DNA of 64,000 nucleotides, from contig CAJXUQ010000003.1 of the NCBI GenBank assembly GCA_913061145.1, positions 123,208 through 187,207 of the forward strand, written 5' to 3'. Numbering within the stretch: the stretch's first letter is position 1; each line of letters starts with the position of its first letter. The notes below the pieces were generated by a model. That model was not told the DNA's origin. It searched no databases and was given only the letters and a program-made list of their open reading frames with translations. The translations under genes were made by a program, and so were the position numbers. Source of the DNA: an uncultured Haliea sp. GTDB taxonomy: Bacteria > Pseudomonadota > Gammaproteobacteria > Pseudomonadales > Halieaceae. Shown piece by piece: positions 42,754 through 54,079 of the stretch.

Positions 42754-42859
42754 GCGCTCTCAGACTCACCAGTTCACAAGCGCGCAGTGTACAAAATTAA
42801 TCCTGCGCGCACCAATTCTCGGGCTGCCGCCGTGGCAACGGCAGGCCAGCCGACACAGC

Positions 42860-44164
42860 CTAGCCGCCAACCAGGCTGATCATCACGCCCGCCGCCACGG
42901 CCGAGCCGATGACACCGGCGACGTTGGGACCCATCGCATGCATCAGCAGATAGTTGCTGGGGTTGGCCTCCAGACCCAGGCGGTTGCTGACCCGGGCCGC
43001 CATCGGCACCGCAGAAACGCCGGCGGAACCGATCAGCGGATTGAGGGGATGACTGCCAAACCGGTTCATCAGCTTCGCGATCAGCACGCCGGAGGCCGTA
43101 CCAATGGCGAACGCGAGCACGCCGAGCAACATGATGCCCAGGGTCTCGATATCCAGAAACTTGTCAGCGACCAGTTTGGACCCCACCGACAGACCGAGGA
43201 AGATGGTCGTGATGTTGATCAGCGCGTTCTGCGCAGCATCGCTCAGGCGCTTCACCACACCACACTCTTTCATCAGGTTGCCGAAACAGAACATGCCGAG
43301 CAGCGGCGCCGCCGCCGGCAGCAGAAGCGCAACCAGAATGAGCAGCATGAGGGGAAACACGATTTTCTCCCGCTGTGATACCTGGCGCAGCTGTGTCATG
43401 ACGATTTCGCGCTCCGCCTGGGTGGTGAGCGCGCGCATGATCGGCGGCTGGATCAGGGGTACCAGTGCCATGTAGGAATAGGCTGCCACAGCGATCGGTC
43501 CGAGCAGATCCGGTGCCAGCAGGCTGGCGACGTAGATCGCCGTGGGACCATCAGCGCCGCCGATAATGCCGATGGCGGCGGCGTCCGCAAGCGTGAAATC
43601 CATCACTCCCAGGGTACTCAGGCCGACGGCCCCGAGCACGGTCGCGAAAATACCGAATTGCGCGGCAGCGCCCAGAAAGAGCGTGCGTGGATTGGCCAGC
43701 AGCGGACCGAAATCGGTCATCGCACCCACCCCCATGAAAATCACCAGGGGCGCTACGCCACTGGCAATCGCCACGCGGTAAAATGTGTACAACATGCCAT
43801 CACTGAAACCCGCAGCTTCTGCCGCGCTCTGGGCTGCGAGTTGCAGCGCAGGCGCGGCGAGACCAAGCGCGCGCAGCAGTGATTCTGCGTCGACGGCTGC
43901 CGATTGCCCCAACAGCCGCGCCATCTCCGCGAGCACAACCGGGTCCGTGCTGTGCAGCGCATTTTCCGCCGCGGAATACGCGAGGCCGGCGCCGGGGATA
44001 TTGGCGAGCACACCGCCAAAGCCGATCGGTACCAGCAACAGCGGCTCGAACTGCTTGCGAATGGCCAGGAACAGCAAGAGCAAGCCAATGCCTATCATCA
44101 CCACCTGACCCACCTGGAAATGAGCCAGTCCGGTGGAGTCCCACAGACGCAACAGGTTCTCCAT
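42860..44164 (-). CDS. oadB: Na+-transporting oxaloacetate decarboxylase beta subunit
   Basis: [29 protein letters not shown] and MHAMGPN. Confidence 0.95.
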   Translation of the reverse strand: MENLLRLWDSTGLAHFQVGQVVMIGIGLLLLFLAIRKQFEPLLLVPIGFGGVLANIPGAGLAYSAAENALHSTDPVVLAEMARLLGQSAAVDAESLLRALGLAAPALQLAAQSAAEAAGFSDGMLYTFYRVAIASGVAPLVIFMGVGAMTDFGPLLANPRTLFLGAAAQFGIFATVLGAVGLSTLGVMDFTLADAAAIGIIGGADGPTAIYVASLLAPDLLGPIAVAAYSYMALVPLIQPPIMRALTTQAEREIVMTQLRQVSQREKIVFPLMLLILVALLLPAAAPLLGMFCFGNLMKECGVVKRLSDAAQNALINITTIFLGLSVGSKLVADKFLDIETLGIMLLGVLAFAIGTASGVLIAKLMNRFGSHPLNPLIGSAGVSAVPMAARVSNRLGLEANPSNYLLMHAMGPNVAGVIGSAVAAGVMISLVGG

Positions 44165-44169
44165 CGGCG

Positions 44170-46008
44170 TCAGGCCAGGGTGATCAGTGTGTCGCCAACC
44201 GCAACGACATCGCCGGCCTTGACGTCAACACTCGCGACCGTGCCGTCCTGCGGTGCACGCACTTCGGTCTCCATCTTCATGGCCTCCAGCAGCACGATGA
44301 CCTGACCCGCGGTGACCCGGTCACCCACCTGCACACTCACCTTGAAGATGTTACCGGCCAACGGCGCCGGCACCGGGGCGCTGCCTGACGCGGCGGCTGG
44401 TTCGGCCGCAGGCCGGCCGGCGGATGCCGGCGTCGCTGATTCACGCACACGCTCCAGCTCGCCACCGGCACTGACTTCTACCACGTAGGATTGCCCATTG
44501 ACACGCACCGTGTACACGCCCGCGTCTGCCGCAGCGGCACCAGAGGCTGATGGCTCTTTTCCCTTCTCCCTGGGTGACGGCTCTTCCCCCTGCGCCGGGG
44601 GCGCTGTGCCCGGCGCGGGTTCGAAGGCCGCAGGATCGCCGCGGTGTTCGAGGAAGCGCAGGCCAATCTGGGGAAACAGGGCATAGGTCAGAACGTCGTC
44701 AACGGCCTGCTCGCCGCTCGCGAGGGTGATGCCCTTCTCCTCCGCCAGGGCGCGCAACTCGGCAGACAATGCATCCAGTTCCGGCTCCAGCAGATCCGCA
44801 GGACGGCAGATGATCACCTCCTTGCCCTCAAGAACCCGCTGCTGCAGTGCAGCGTTGACCGCTGACGGGGTGGCGCCGTATTCGCCCTTGAGCACACCGG
44901 CCGTTTCGCGCGATATGGACTTGTAGCGCTCGCCGGTGAGGACATTGAGCACGGCCTGGGTGCCCACAATCTGCGAGGTGGGCGTGACCAGCGGAATGAA
45001 GCCCAGGTCCTCGCGCACTTTGGGTATCTCCTCCAGCACTTCGTCCATGCGATCCAGCGCGCCCTGTTCCCGCAGCTGGTTTTCCATGTTGGTCAGCATG
45101 CCACCCGGAACCTGGGCCACGAGAATGCGCGCATCCACGCCGCGCAGCGACCCCTCAAAAGCTGCGTACTTCTTGCGCACGCCGCGAAAGTAGTTGGCGA
45201 TGTCCGCCAGCTTTTCCAGGTCGAGGCCGGTATCCCGCTCGGTACCCTGCAGTATCGCGACAACCGACTCGGTGGGCGAGTGCCCGTAGGTCATCGACAT
45301 CGACGAGATCGAGGTATCCACGTTGTCGATGCCCGCCTCCACGCATTTCAATATGGTCGCAGTCGACAGCCCGGTGGTGGCGTGACACTGCATGTGAATG
45401 GGTATCGCGCAGCTTTCCTTGAGCCGGCGCACCAGTTCGTAGCCGGTGTAGGGGCGCAACAGCCCCGCCATGTCCTTGATGGCAATGGAGTCGGCGCCCA
45501 TATCCTCGATGCGCTTGCCCTGGTCGACCCAGGCCTCCAGCGTGTGCACAGGGCTCAGCGTGTAGGAAATGGTGCCCTGGGCATGGCGTTCGACAGCCTT
45601 GACCGCCTTCAACGCCACCTCGATGTTGCGCATGTCATTCATGGCGTCGAACACGCGGAACACATCCACACCGTTGACGGCGGCCCGCTCCACGAAGCGC
45701 TCCACGACGTCATCGGCGTAGTGCCTGTAGCCGAGAATGTTCTGGCCACGCAGCAGCATTTGCTGGCGCGTGTTGGGCATGGCTTTTTTGAATTCGCGAA
45801 TGCGCTCCCAGGGATCCTCTCCCAGGTAACGGATACAGGCATCGAACGTCGCCCCACCCCAGGTTTCCACAGACCAGAAACCGACGGTGTCCATCTCCGC
45901 TGCGACCGGCAACATGTCCTCCAGGCGTACCCGCGTCGCCAGCAGTGACTGGTTGCCATCGCGCAGAACCACGTCGGTGATGCCCAAAGGGCGTTTATTC
46001 TCAGCCAT
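44170..46008 (-). CDS. oadA: Oxaloacetate decarboxylase alpha subunit (biotin-containing)
   Basis: [31 protein letters not shown]-like QCHATTG and biotin motif EAMKM. Confidence 0.95.
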   Translation of the reverse strand: MAENKRPLGITDVVLRDGNQSLLATRVRLEDMLPVAAEMDTVGFWSVETWGGATFDACIRYLGEDPWERIREFKKAMPNTRQQMLLRGQNILGYRHYADDVVERFVERAAVNGVDVFRVFDAMNDMRNIEVALKAVKAVERHAQGTISYTLSPVHTLEAWVDQGKRIEDMGADSIAIKDMAGLLRPYTGYELVRRLKESCAIPIHMQCHATTGLSTATILKCVEAGIDNVDTSISSMSMTYGHSPTESVVAILQGTERDTGLDLEKLADIANYFRGVRKKYAAFEGSLRGVDARILVAQVPGGMLTNMENQLREQGALDRMDEVLEEIPKVREDLGFIPLVTPTSQIVGTQAVLNVLTGERYKSISRETAGVLKGEYGATPSAVNAALQQRVLEGKEVIICRPADLLEPELDALSAELRALAEEKGITLASGEQAVDDVLTYALFPQIGLRFLEHRGDPAAFEPAPGTAPPAQGEEPSPREKGKEPSASGAAAADAGVYTVRVNGQSYVVEVSAGGELERVRESATPASAGRPAAEPAAASGSAPVPAPLAGNIFKVSVQVGDRVTAGQVIVLLEAMKMETEVRAPQDGTVASVDVKAGDVVAVGDTLITLA

Positions 46009-46031
46009 GCGGTGTCTCTCCTGGGAAAGCC

Positions 46032-46307
46032 TCAGCCGGTGCGGCGGCGTTGGCGGTGTTGATGCACAGCGGCAGTGATGACCGCAATCCGCTCTGCATC
46101 CAGTGGCTGTGCGTCAGACGCCACCGGGCCGGACACAGTTTGGCCCTGCCGGTCGGGCACTGACGGTGCGGGTTGCGGAAAAAAACGTAGAATCACGCGC
46201 GATGCGAGCCCGATGACCACAACCAGCAAGGAGAGAAAAATCACCACGGCGCTGACACCGAACAGCATCAACTCCACACCCTGCATAAAAAGCTCGTCTT
46301 CGCGCAC
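46032..46307 (-). CDS. oadG: Oxaloacetate decarboxylase gamma subunit
   Basis: Single TM helix ([16 protein letters not shown]), Pro-rich linker and [12 protein letters not shown], upstream of oadA. Confidence 0.88.
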   Translation of the reverse strand: MREDELFMQGVELMLFGVSAVVIFLSLLVVVIGLASRVILRFFPQPAPSVPDRQGQTVSGPVASDAQPLDAERIAVITAAVHQHRQRRRTG

Positions 46308-46453
46308 ACTCGCTTCCAGCGTTCAATGACGGTCGCATCATAAATCATCTTGCCGGTGAGGCGCCAACGTGCAATACGCCGGGTCGACACCACGAACGGG
46401 CTTAACCGTCGGTGGCGGCAGCGCTATACTACCCCGTTAACCGGAGACTTGAT

Positions 46454-47434
46454 GTGCGACTGATTCTCGCCCCCATGGAAGGCGTTATCGACGCCGGCAT
46501 GCGCGCCCTGCTGACGCAAATCGGTGGACTTGACCGCTGCGTCACTGAATTCGTGCGGGTCAGCGACCGCCTGCTGCCGCCCCGGGTCTTCCATCGCCTC
46601 TGCCCGGAACTGCGCCAGGGCGGCAGGACTCCGGCAGGAGTACCGGTTTTCCTGCAGTTGCTGGGTGGACAGGCGCAGCCGATGGCAGACAACGCGGTAC
46701 GGGCCGCGGAACTCGGCGCTCCGGGTATCGACATCAACTTCGGCTGCCCGGCAAAAACCGTCAACCGCTCTGACGGCGGCGCCGTGCTACTGCGGGAACC
46801 GCTGCGCGTGGGCTCCATTGCAGCGGCCGTGCGCCGGGCGGTACCCGCCAACACCCCGGTCACGGCCAAGATTCGGCTGGGCTTCGAAGACCGGTCGCCG
46901 TTTCTCGATAATGTTCGCGCGCTGGCCGATGCGGGGGTGGACGAACTCGCCATTCACGCGCGCACCCGCAGCGATGGTTACAAACCGCCAGCCTGGTGGG
47001 ACGAGATTGCACGGGCGGTTGAACTGGTGGATTTCCCGGTCATCGCCAACGGCGAAATCTGGAGCCCGGACGACAGCCATCGCGCGCGCGCGGCGAGCCG
47101 CTGCGAGGACCTCATGCTGGGTCGGGGCGTGCTCTGTCGACCCGATCTGCCTCGTCTGGTGCGTGCCGCCGCCAATGGCGTCGACACCCCGGCACTGGAC
47201 TGGCTGGATATCGCCGAACTGCTGCAGGGCTTCGCTCAGCAGAAGCGCCTGGAGTGCGCGGAACGGCACGCTGCGGGGCCGGTCAAGCAATGGCTGGGTT
47301 ACCTGCGTCACTATTACCCGCAGGCGGCGGCACTGTTTGCCGACATCAAACGGCTGAACGACCCGCAGACGATCTGCACCGTCATCCGCAACCACACGCC
47401 AGCCCGCGTCCAGGCGCGTGCCGTCGCCGCCTGA
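46454..47434 (+). CDS. dusC: tRNA-dihydrouridine synthase DusC
   Basis: LAPMEG, DINFGCPAKTV, KIRLG, HART and ANGEI motifs. GGAG SD lies 7 nt before GTG 46454. Confidence 0.9.
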   Translation: MRLILAPMEGVIDAGMRALLTQIGGLDRCVTEFVRVSDRLLPPRVFHRLCPELRQGGRTPAGVPVFLQLLGGQAQPMADNAVRAAELGAPGIDINFGCPAKTVNRSDGGAVLLREPLRVGSIAAAVRRAVPANTPVTAKIRLGFEDRSPFLDNVRALADAGVDELAIHARTRSDGYKPPAWWDEIARAVELVDFPVIANGEIWSPDDSHRARAASRCEDLMLGRGVLCRPDLPRLVRAAANGVDTPALDWLDIAELLQGFAQQKRLECAERHAAGPVKQWLGYLRHYYPQAAALFADIKRLNDPQTICTVIRNHTPARVQARAVAA

Positions 47435-47461
47435 GGCGGCCTCATTCAGGAGCAGGTTTAA

Positions 47462-48223
<762 letters not shown>

Positions 48224-48224
48224 T

Positions 48225-48238
48225 TTGATCTGCATCAA
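48225..48238. promoter_or_regulatory. FNR/ANR binding site upstream of cytochrome c peroxidase
   Basis: TTGAT-CTGC-ATCAA is a perfect match to the TTGAT-N4-ATCAA consensus. Confidence 0.82.
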
Positions 48239-48317
48239 GCTCGGGTGGCGATACACTTGCCCGCGCCCGCAGGTGCCCCCACTATGGTTCTCATACAGAA
48301 CACAGTGAGGAACGACC

Positions 48318-49394
48318 ATGCCGCCTGTATCCACCTACCGGGCAGTCCCTGCGACTGGACTCCTGCTCGCCGCACTCATGCTGATTCCCTGTGCCGGTGC
48401 GGAACCCCTGCGCGATCGTGCCAATGATCTGTTCAATCCGATTCCCGCAGTCGGGGATCCGGCCACCCGGTCGCTGAACGAGGATCAGGTTGAACTGGGC
48501 AAGATGCTGTTCTTCGAGCCCAGACTTTCAGCCAGTCACCTGATCAGCTGCAACACCTGCCACAATGTGGGCTTCGGCGGCCACGACTATCTACCCACAT
48601 CCATTGGGCATGGCTGGCAGCGTGGGCCGCGCAACTCACCCACCGTATTCAATGCGGTCTTCAACGCCGCTCAGTTCTGGGATGGCCGCGCTGCCGATCT
48701 CGCAGAACAGGCCAAGGGCCCGGTGCAGGCGAGCGTCGAGATGAGCAGCACACCCGAGCGCGTAACCGCCACGCTGAACAGCATGCCGGCCTACGTTGAA
48801 CGCTTCCGCAGGGCCTTTCCCGGCGAACCGAATCCGGTCAGCTTCGAGAACATGGCGCTGGCCATCGAGGCCTTTGAAACTACCCTGACCACACCCGGCT
48901 CGGCATTCGACAGGTATCTGCTGGGCGACGATACGGCCCTGAGCGAGGAGCAAAAAACCGGCCTGGCGCTGTTCATGGACAAGGGCTGTGCCGCCTGTCA
49001 CACAGGAGTGAATCTCGGCGGACAACACTATTTCCCGTTTGGCCTCATCGCGAAGCCCGGCGCCGACATCCTGCCGGTGGGCGACAAGGGGCGCTTTGCT
49101 GTCACCCGCACCGCCTCGGATGAGTACGTATTCCGCGCGGCACCGCTGCGCAACGTCGCGCTGACCGCCCCCTACTTTCACTCCGGCGCGGTCTGGAGCC
49201 TGGAGGAAGCCGTTGCCATCATGGGCCGCTCGCAGCTGGGGGCGGAACTGAACACGCAGGAAATCCGTCAGATAACGGCCTTCCTCGCGTCGCTGACTGG
49301 CGAGCCGCCCCGGGTCAGCTACCCGCTGCTACCGCCCAGTACTGCGGAAACCCCGAAGCCGGACCTGCTGTGGCAACGCGGCAGCGGACGCTGA
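48318..49394 (+). CDS. ccp: Di-heme cytochrome c peroxidase
   Basis: Signal peptide, two CxxCH motifs (CNTCH, CAACH), RNSPTV, QFWDGRA and LRNVALTAPYFHSG. Confidence 0.92.
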   Translation: MPPVSTYRAVPATGLLLAALMLIPCAGAEPLRDRANDLFNPIPAVGDPATRSLNEDQVELGKMLFFEPRLSASHLISCNTCHNVGFGGHDYLPTSIGHGWQRGPRNSPTVFNAVFNAAQFWDGRAADLAEQAKGPVQASVEMSSTPERVTATLNSMPAYVERFRRAFPGEPNPVSFENMALAIEAFETTLTTPGSAFDRYLLGDDTALSEEQKTGLALFMDKGCAACHTGVNLGGQHYFPFGLIAKPGADILPVGDKGRFAVTRTASDEYVFRAAPLRNVALTAPYFHSGAVWSLEEAVAIMGRSQLGAELNTQEIRQITAFLASLTGEPPRVSYPLLPPSTAETPKPDLLWQRGSGR

Positions 49395-49395
49395 C

Positions 49396-51054
49396 CTACT
49401 TTGCCAGGGACGCCTCGCGCGCCGCCTTGAACTCCACCCCATCGCGCCACTCGGGGAAATCGCGGTTGGAGACCAGCTCCCGGCCCATCTCCAGCAGCAA
49501 CAGGACTTCCTGGGCGGCGCCGCTCAAATCCCAGGCGGGATCATACTCGTCGGAAGGCTTGTGGTAGTGATTGGCGACATAATCGCGCAACCGGGCATCA
49601 CCCCAGGCCTTGCCGTGCTCAATGCTGTCCGTGGCATTGGTGAGATAGAGTGCCGGAATACCCACCTGCGCGAGTGAGAAATGATCGGAGCGGTAGTAGG
49701 AGCCCTTTTCCGGATAGGGCTCCTGCACCACAACCCGACCCTGCCGCTGGGCGGCGCGTAGCAGGTAATCCTCCAACTCGCTGTTGCCATAACCCACCAC
49801 CGCGACATCGCGGGTACGCCCGAGGTTACCGGCGGCAATGTTGTCCATGTTGAAGTTGGCCACGGTTTTCTCTGGCGCAAACAGGGGATTCTGCGCGTAG
49901 TACTTTGACCCCAAGAGCCCCGACTCCTCTGCCGTCACCGCGAGGAACAGCAGGGACTGCTCAGGCCGGGCCCCGTCCTGCAGGAACTGCCGCGCCAGCG
50001 CGAGCAGCCCGGCAACGCCTGATGCGTTGTCACTGGCGCCGTTGTAGATATTGTCACCGTCATCCGCTGGGCGCACACCCAGATGATCCCAGTGGGCGGT
50101 GTAGATAATCACCTCATCGGGGTGGCTGGAACCGGGAATCAATGCCGCAACATTGTGGGATATACGATCTGCGAGGGTATTGCTCAGCGTGACGGAAGCC
50201 GTCAACGCGCCCAGGGGCAGCGCCCGGAAGCCAGCCCTGGCTGCCGCGGCCTTGTCTTGCATGTAGTCGCGACCCGCCGCCGCGAACAGTGCCTGCGCCT
50301 GCTGCAGGGGAATCCAGCCCTCCACTGCCAGCTTGTCGCGGTGACGATTCTCCGCCGTCAGGCCAATCTTGGCGCCCGACCAGCTGTTGCGCACCACCTC
50401 CCAGGGGTAGGCGGCGGCGTCGGTTTCATGCACGATCAGTGCAGCAGCAGCGCCCTGCCGCGCCGCTTCCGCGTATTTGTAGTCCCAGCGTCCGTAGTAG
50501 GTCATGGCGTTGCCGTTGAACAGCGCCGGGTCCTGGGTTGCGAATCCGGGGTCATTGATCAGGATGACCACTGTTTTGCCCCGCACATCAATACCGGCGT
50601 AATCGTTCCAGCCTCGCTCTGGCGCATTGATACCGTAGCCAACAAACACCAGCTCGGAGTTTTCGATACCGGTGGTGGCCACCTGCTGCTGCGTGGCCAC
50701 CATCATCTGCTCGCCATAGGACCAGTCGGCGTTGAAATCGTCACCGCGTATCGCCAGTACCGCTGCAGGATCTGTGGTCACTGCCGTGATGGCGACCTCC
50801 TGCAGCCAGCTGTCACCGTTGCCCGGCATTGCCCCGAGCGCGGCAAAGTGCTCGACCAGCCAGTCGATGGTCATCTCCTCGCCGGGTGTACCGGGCTCTC
50901 GCCCGGCATAGGCATCCTGTGCCAGCTCAGCGATATGGAAGTGCAGGTCCTTCTGAACCTGCTCATCGACGGTGAGCGCTGCAGCGCTGTACGACCAGGC
51001 AAGACAGGCGCTCAAGCCACACACGGCGGCCACGGAAGCGAGTGGTGATGTCAT
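49396..51054 (-). CDS. M28 family metallopeptidase with PA domain (exported)
   Basis: AHWDHLG, GASDNASG, AEESGLLGS, RSDH and YHKPSD motifs after a signal peptide. Confidence 0.9.
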   Translation of the reverse strand: MTSPLASVAAVCGLSACLAWSYSAAALTVDEQVQKDLHFHIAELAQDAYAGREPGTPGEEMTIDWLVEHFAALGAMPGNGDSWLQEVAITAVTTDPAAVLAIRGDDFNADWSYGEQMMVATQQQVATTGIENSELVFVGYGINAPERGWNDYAGIDVRGKTVVILINDPGFATQDPALFNGNAMTYYGRWDYKYAEAARQGAAAALIVHETDAAAYPWEVVRNSWSGAKIGLTAENRHRDKLAVEGWIPLQQAQALFAAAGRDYMQDKAAAARAGFRALPLGALTASVTLSNTLADRISHNVAALIPGSSHPDEVIIYTAHWDHLGVRPADDGDNIYNGASDNASGVAGLLALARQFLQDGARPEQSLLFLAVTAEESGLLGSKYYAQNPLFAPEKTVANFNMDNIAAGNLGRTRDVAVVGYGNSELEDYLLRAAQRQGRVVVQEPYPEKGSYYRSDHFSLAQVGIPALYLTNATDSIEHGKAWGDARLRDYVANHYHKPSDEYDPAWDLSGAAQEVLLLLEMGRELVSNRDFPEWRDGVEFKAAREASLAK

Positions 51055-51234
51055 GAAAGCTCCGGGAATTGACACAGAAAGCGGAAAGCATAGTCGCTTT
51101 GCGCAGAGCATGCACTAAGGTAGTCGCATCGGCACCAGCGACTGCGCTCGAGGGGCTGCGCAAACCACCAACAGGAGTGGTATTCTCCTGTCACACACGC
51201 AAGCCAATGCCTCTCGCCAGCAGGAACCCGTGGA

Positions 51235-52782
51235 ATGACAATAACAGTGACGCCCACCTCCGCAGATGACACCGCCTTTTTCGGGCACCCCCGCGGGCTG
51301 TACGTCTGTTTCGCCACCGAGCTGTGGGAGCGCTTCTCGTTCTACGGCATGAAATATCTCCTGCTGCTCTACCTCACCAAGTATCATCTGTTCTCGGATG
51401 CCAACGGCCTTGAAGTACTTGGGGGCTATGCGGCGCTGGTCTATGCCATGCCAGTGATCGGCGGGCTGCTGGCCGACCGCTACCTGGGCATGCGCAAATC
51501 GGTGGTCTTCGGAGGCCTGTTACTGGTGCTCGGCCATCTAGGTATGGCCTTTGAGGGCGAACAGGCACGGCTGGTGGGTGAAACGGTCGTTCGCGACGAC
51601 CGGGCGCTGCAGGTCTTTTACTTTTCCCTGGCCCTGATTGTGGTCGGTGTGGGTTTCCTCAAGCCGAACATTTCGACCCTTGTCGGCCGCCTCTACGCCA
51701 TTGATGATCCGCGCCGGGACGCCGGTTTTACCATTTTTTACATGGGCATCAACCTCGGCGCACTCACGGCGACGCTCGTGTGTGGTTATCTGGGCGTAAC
51801 CTATGGCTGGGGCTACGGATTCGGCGTCGCCGGTATCGGTATGCTGTTCGGTCTGGTGACTTTCCTGCACGGTCAGAAACACCTGCGAGGTTATGCCGAA
51901 CCACCGGTGCCTGAACGTCTCCAGGAACGTGTTCTGCCCGGCGTGAACAAGGAGTGGGCCATCTACCTGGGCGCGGGCAGCGGCGTCGTTGCGGCCTGGC
52001 AGATGCTGCAGTTCCACGGCGCGGTGGGTGTGTTACTCAACGTGCTCGCGGTAATTGTGCTGCTGGGCCTGGCCTGGTTTATCGCGTATCGCTGCCAACC
52101 CGTAGAGCGCAGCCGCATGCTGGTACTGGTTGCGCTGACCATCTGCAGCGTCGTGTTCTGGTCACTGTTCGAGCAAAGCGCCGCCTCGATGACGCTGTAC
52201 GCCGACCGTGTCATGGATCGCACTGTCTTCGGCATCAACTTCACCGCTTCCCAGTTCGGCTTTTTCAATTCGTTCTTTATTTTCATGCTGGCGCCGGTTT
52301 TCGCCTGGCTGTGGACTGTGATGGGACGGCGCGGCATTGAACCCTCTACGCCGGTGAAGTTCGGCCTCGGCGTCGGGTTCGCCGGCCTCGGATTTGGTGC
52401 CCTGGTGGTAGGCGCTGCTTCCCCGAATGAGGCCGGCCTGGTCATCGGTTACTGGATGGTGCTGGCCTATCTGCTGCACACTGCCGGCGAGCTCTGCCTG
52501 TCGCCGGTCGGCCTGTCGGCAGTGACCAAACTGTCGGTGCCCGGCGTTGTAGGTGTCATGATGGGCGCCTGGTTCCTCGCCACCGCTTACTCACAACACG
52601 TAGCAGCACAGCTTTCGAAACTCGCCGCTCTGGACCTGCAGGCGGGTGTGGGTGACGTGGCAACGGCGCTGGCGACCTACACGGAGCTGTTTACCACGCT
52701 GTTCTACGTTGGCATCGGCGTGGCGGTGGTGCAGTTTCTGCTGGCACCGCTGCTGAGAAAAATGATGCACGGCATTCACTGA
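51235..52782 (+). CDS. Proton-dependent oligopeptide transporter (POT/PTR, MFS)
   Basis: FFGHPRGL, ELWERFSFYGMK, GFLKPNIS, FYMGINLGA and GELCLSPVGLS. Confidence 0.93.
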   Translation: MTITVTPTSADDTAFFGHPRGLYVCFATELWERFSFYGMKYLLLLYLTKYHLFSDANGLEVLGGYAALVYAMPVIGGLLADRYLGMRKSVVFGGLLLVLGHLGMAFEGEQARLVGETVVRDDRALQVFYFSLALIVVGVGFLKPNISTLVGRLYAIDDPRRDAGFTIFYMGINLGALTATLVCGYLGVTYGWGYGFGVAGIGMLFGLVTFLHGQKHLRGYAEPPVPERLQERVLPGVNKEWAIYLGAGSGVVAAWQMLQFHGAVGVLLNVLAVIVLLGLAWFIAYRCQPVERSRMLVLVALTICSVVFWSLFEQSAASMTLYADRVMDRTVFGINFTASQFGFFNSFFIFMLAPVFAWLWTVMGRRGIEPSTPVKFGLGVGFAGLGFGALVVGAASPNEAGLVIGYWMVLAYLLHTAGELCLSPVGLSAVTKLSVPGVVGVMMGAWFLATAYSQHVAAQLSKLAALDLQAGVGDVATALATYTELFTTLFYVGIGVAVVQFLLAPLLRKMMHGIH

Positions 52783-52804
52783 GGCCTACACAGGACATGA
52801 CCCC

Positions 52805-54037
52805 ATGACAAACGCGCAACGCGAGTTCGACATCATTCTCTGGGGAGCGACGGGTTTTACGGGACAGCTGGTGGCGGAATACCTTGCCACCACCTGCGGC
52901 GGCGACGGAACCCTGCGCTGGGCACTGGGTGGTCGCAGCGAGGCGAAACTGCGAGCCGTACAACAGTCCCTGCTGGACTGCACCGGCGGCGCAGAAATCC
53001 CGCTGGTTGTGGCAGACAGCGGTGATGAGCGGAGCCTGAATGCGATGGTTGCCCGCAGCCGGGTCATCTGCAGTACCGTGGGGCCCTACGCCCGCTACGG
53101 GACAGCGCTGGTGGCCAGCTGCGCCGAAAGCGGCACACACTACTGTGACCTCACGGGTGAGGTTCAGTGGATGGCGCGCGTCATACCGACCTATCAGGCC
53201 GCGGCCGCTGCCAGTGGGGCACGCATTGTTCACAGTTGCGGCTTCGACTCGATACCCTCGGACATGGGCACTTGGTTCCTGCAACGCCAGATGCTTGCGC
53301 AGCACGGTGTGCCTGCATGCCACGTGAAGTCCCGCGTCGGCCGCAACCGCGGTACGGCCAGTGGCGGCACCGTGGCCAGCATGCTCACAGTGCTTGACGA
53401 AGCGCGCCGGGACAAAAGCGTGCGGGCCCTGTTGGCTGACCCCTACTCTCTCTGCCCTGCCGGCACCACGGGCCCGGATGAGCGCGACCAGACGGTGGCG
53501 CGCTATGACCCCGACTTCCAGCGCTGGACCTGCCCTTTCATCATGGCCGCCATTAATGGGCGCGTTGTGCGCCGCAGCCACTACCTGCTGGGCAAACCCT
53601 GGGGCGACGATTTCCGTTTTGACGAGGCACAGCTCTGCAGCTCGCGCGCGCAGGCTCTGCGCAACACCCTCGCCATGGGTGGCGTGATGCTCGGCCTGTC
53701 GACCGCGCCCGGCCGTAAACTGCTGCAGCGGTTCCTGCCGAAACCGGGAGAAGGCCCAGATCGGGCACAGCGCGAAGCCGGTCACTACGAGCTGTTCTTC
53801 CACGGTGTGCACCCGCAGGACAGCAACTGTGACCTGCGGGTTCGCGTCGCCGGCACGCTCGACCCGGGCTATGGCTCTACTGCCCGCATGCTCGCCGAGT
53901 CTGCGCTAAGCCTCGCGGAGGATCCCCTGACCTGTGCGGGCGGTTTCTGGACACCCGCCTCTGCGCTGGGCGAACATCTGCTGGAGCGGCTGACCTCACG
54001 CGCCGGACTCACCTTCGAAGAGGTGGCCATCGCCTAG
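52805..54037 (+). CDS. Saccharopine dehydrogenase-like / trans-acting enoyl reductase family oxidoreductase
   Basis: GATGFTG, TVGPYARYG, HYCDLTGE, CGFDSIPSD and DPGYGSTARML. Confidence 0.85.
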   Translation: MTNAQREFDIILWGATGFTGQLVAEYLATTCGGDGTLRWALGGRSEAKLRAVQQSLLDCTGGAEIPLVVADSGDERSLNAMVARSRVICSTVGPYARYGTALVASCAESGTHYCDLTGEVQWMARVIPTYQAAAAASGARIVHSCGFDSIPSDMGTWFLQRQMLAQHGVPACHVKSRVGRNRGTASGGTVASMLTVLDEARRDKSVRALLADPYSLCPAGTTGPDERDQTVARYDPDFQRWTCPFIMAAINGRVVRRSHYLLGKPWGDDFRFDEAQLCSSRAQALRNTLAMGGVMLGLSTAPGRKLLQRFLPKPGEGPDRAQREAGHYELFFHGVHPQDSNCDLRVRVAGTLDPGYGSTARMLAESALSLAEDPLTCAGGFWTPASALGEHLLERLTSRAGLTFEEVAIA

Positions 54038-54079
54038 CCCGCGCACCCCGAATCCTGTAGCAGGGCTGGAGACCAAACA

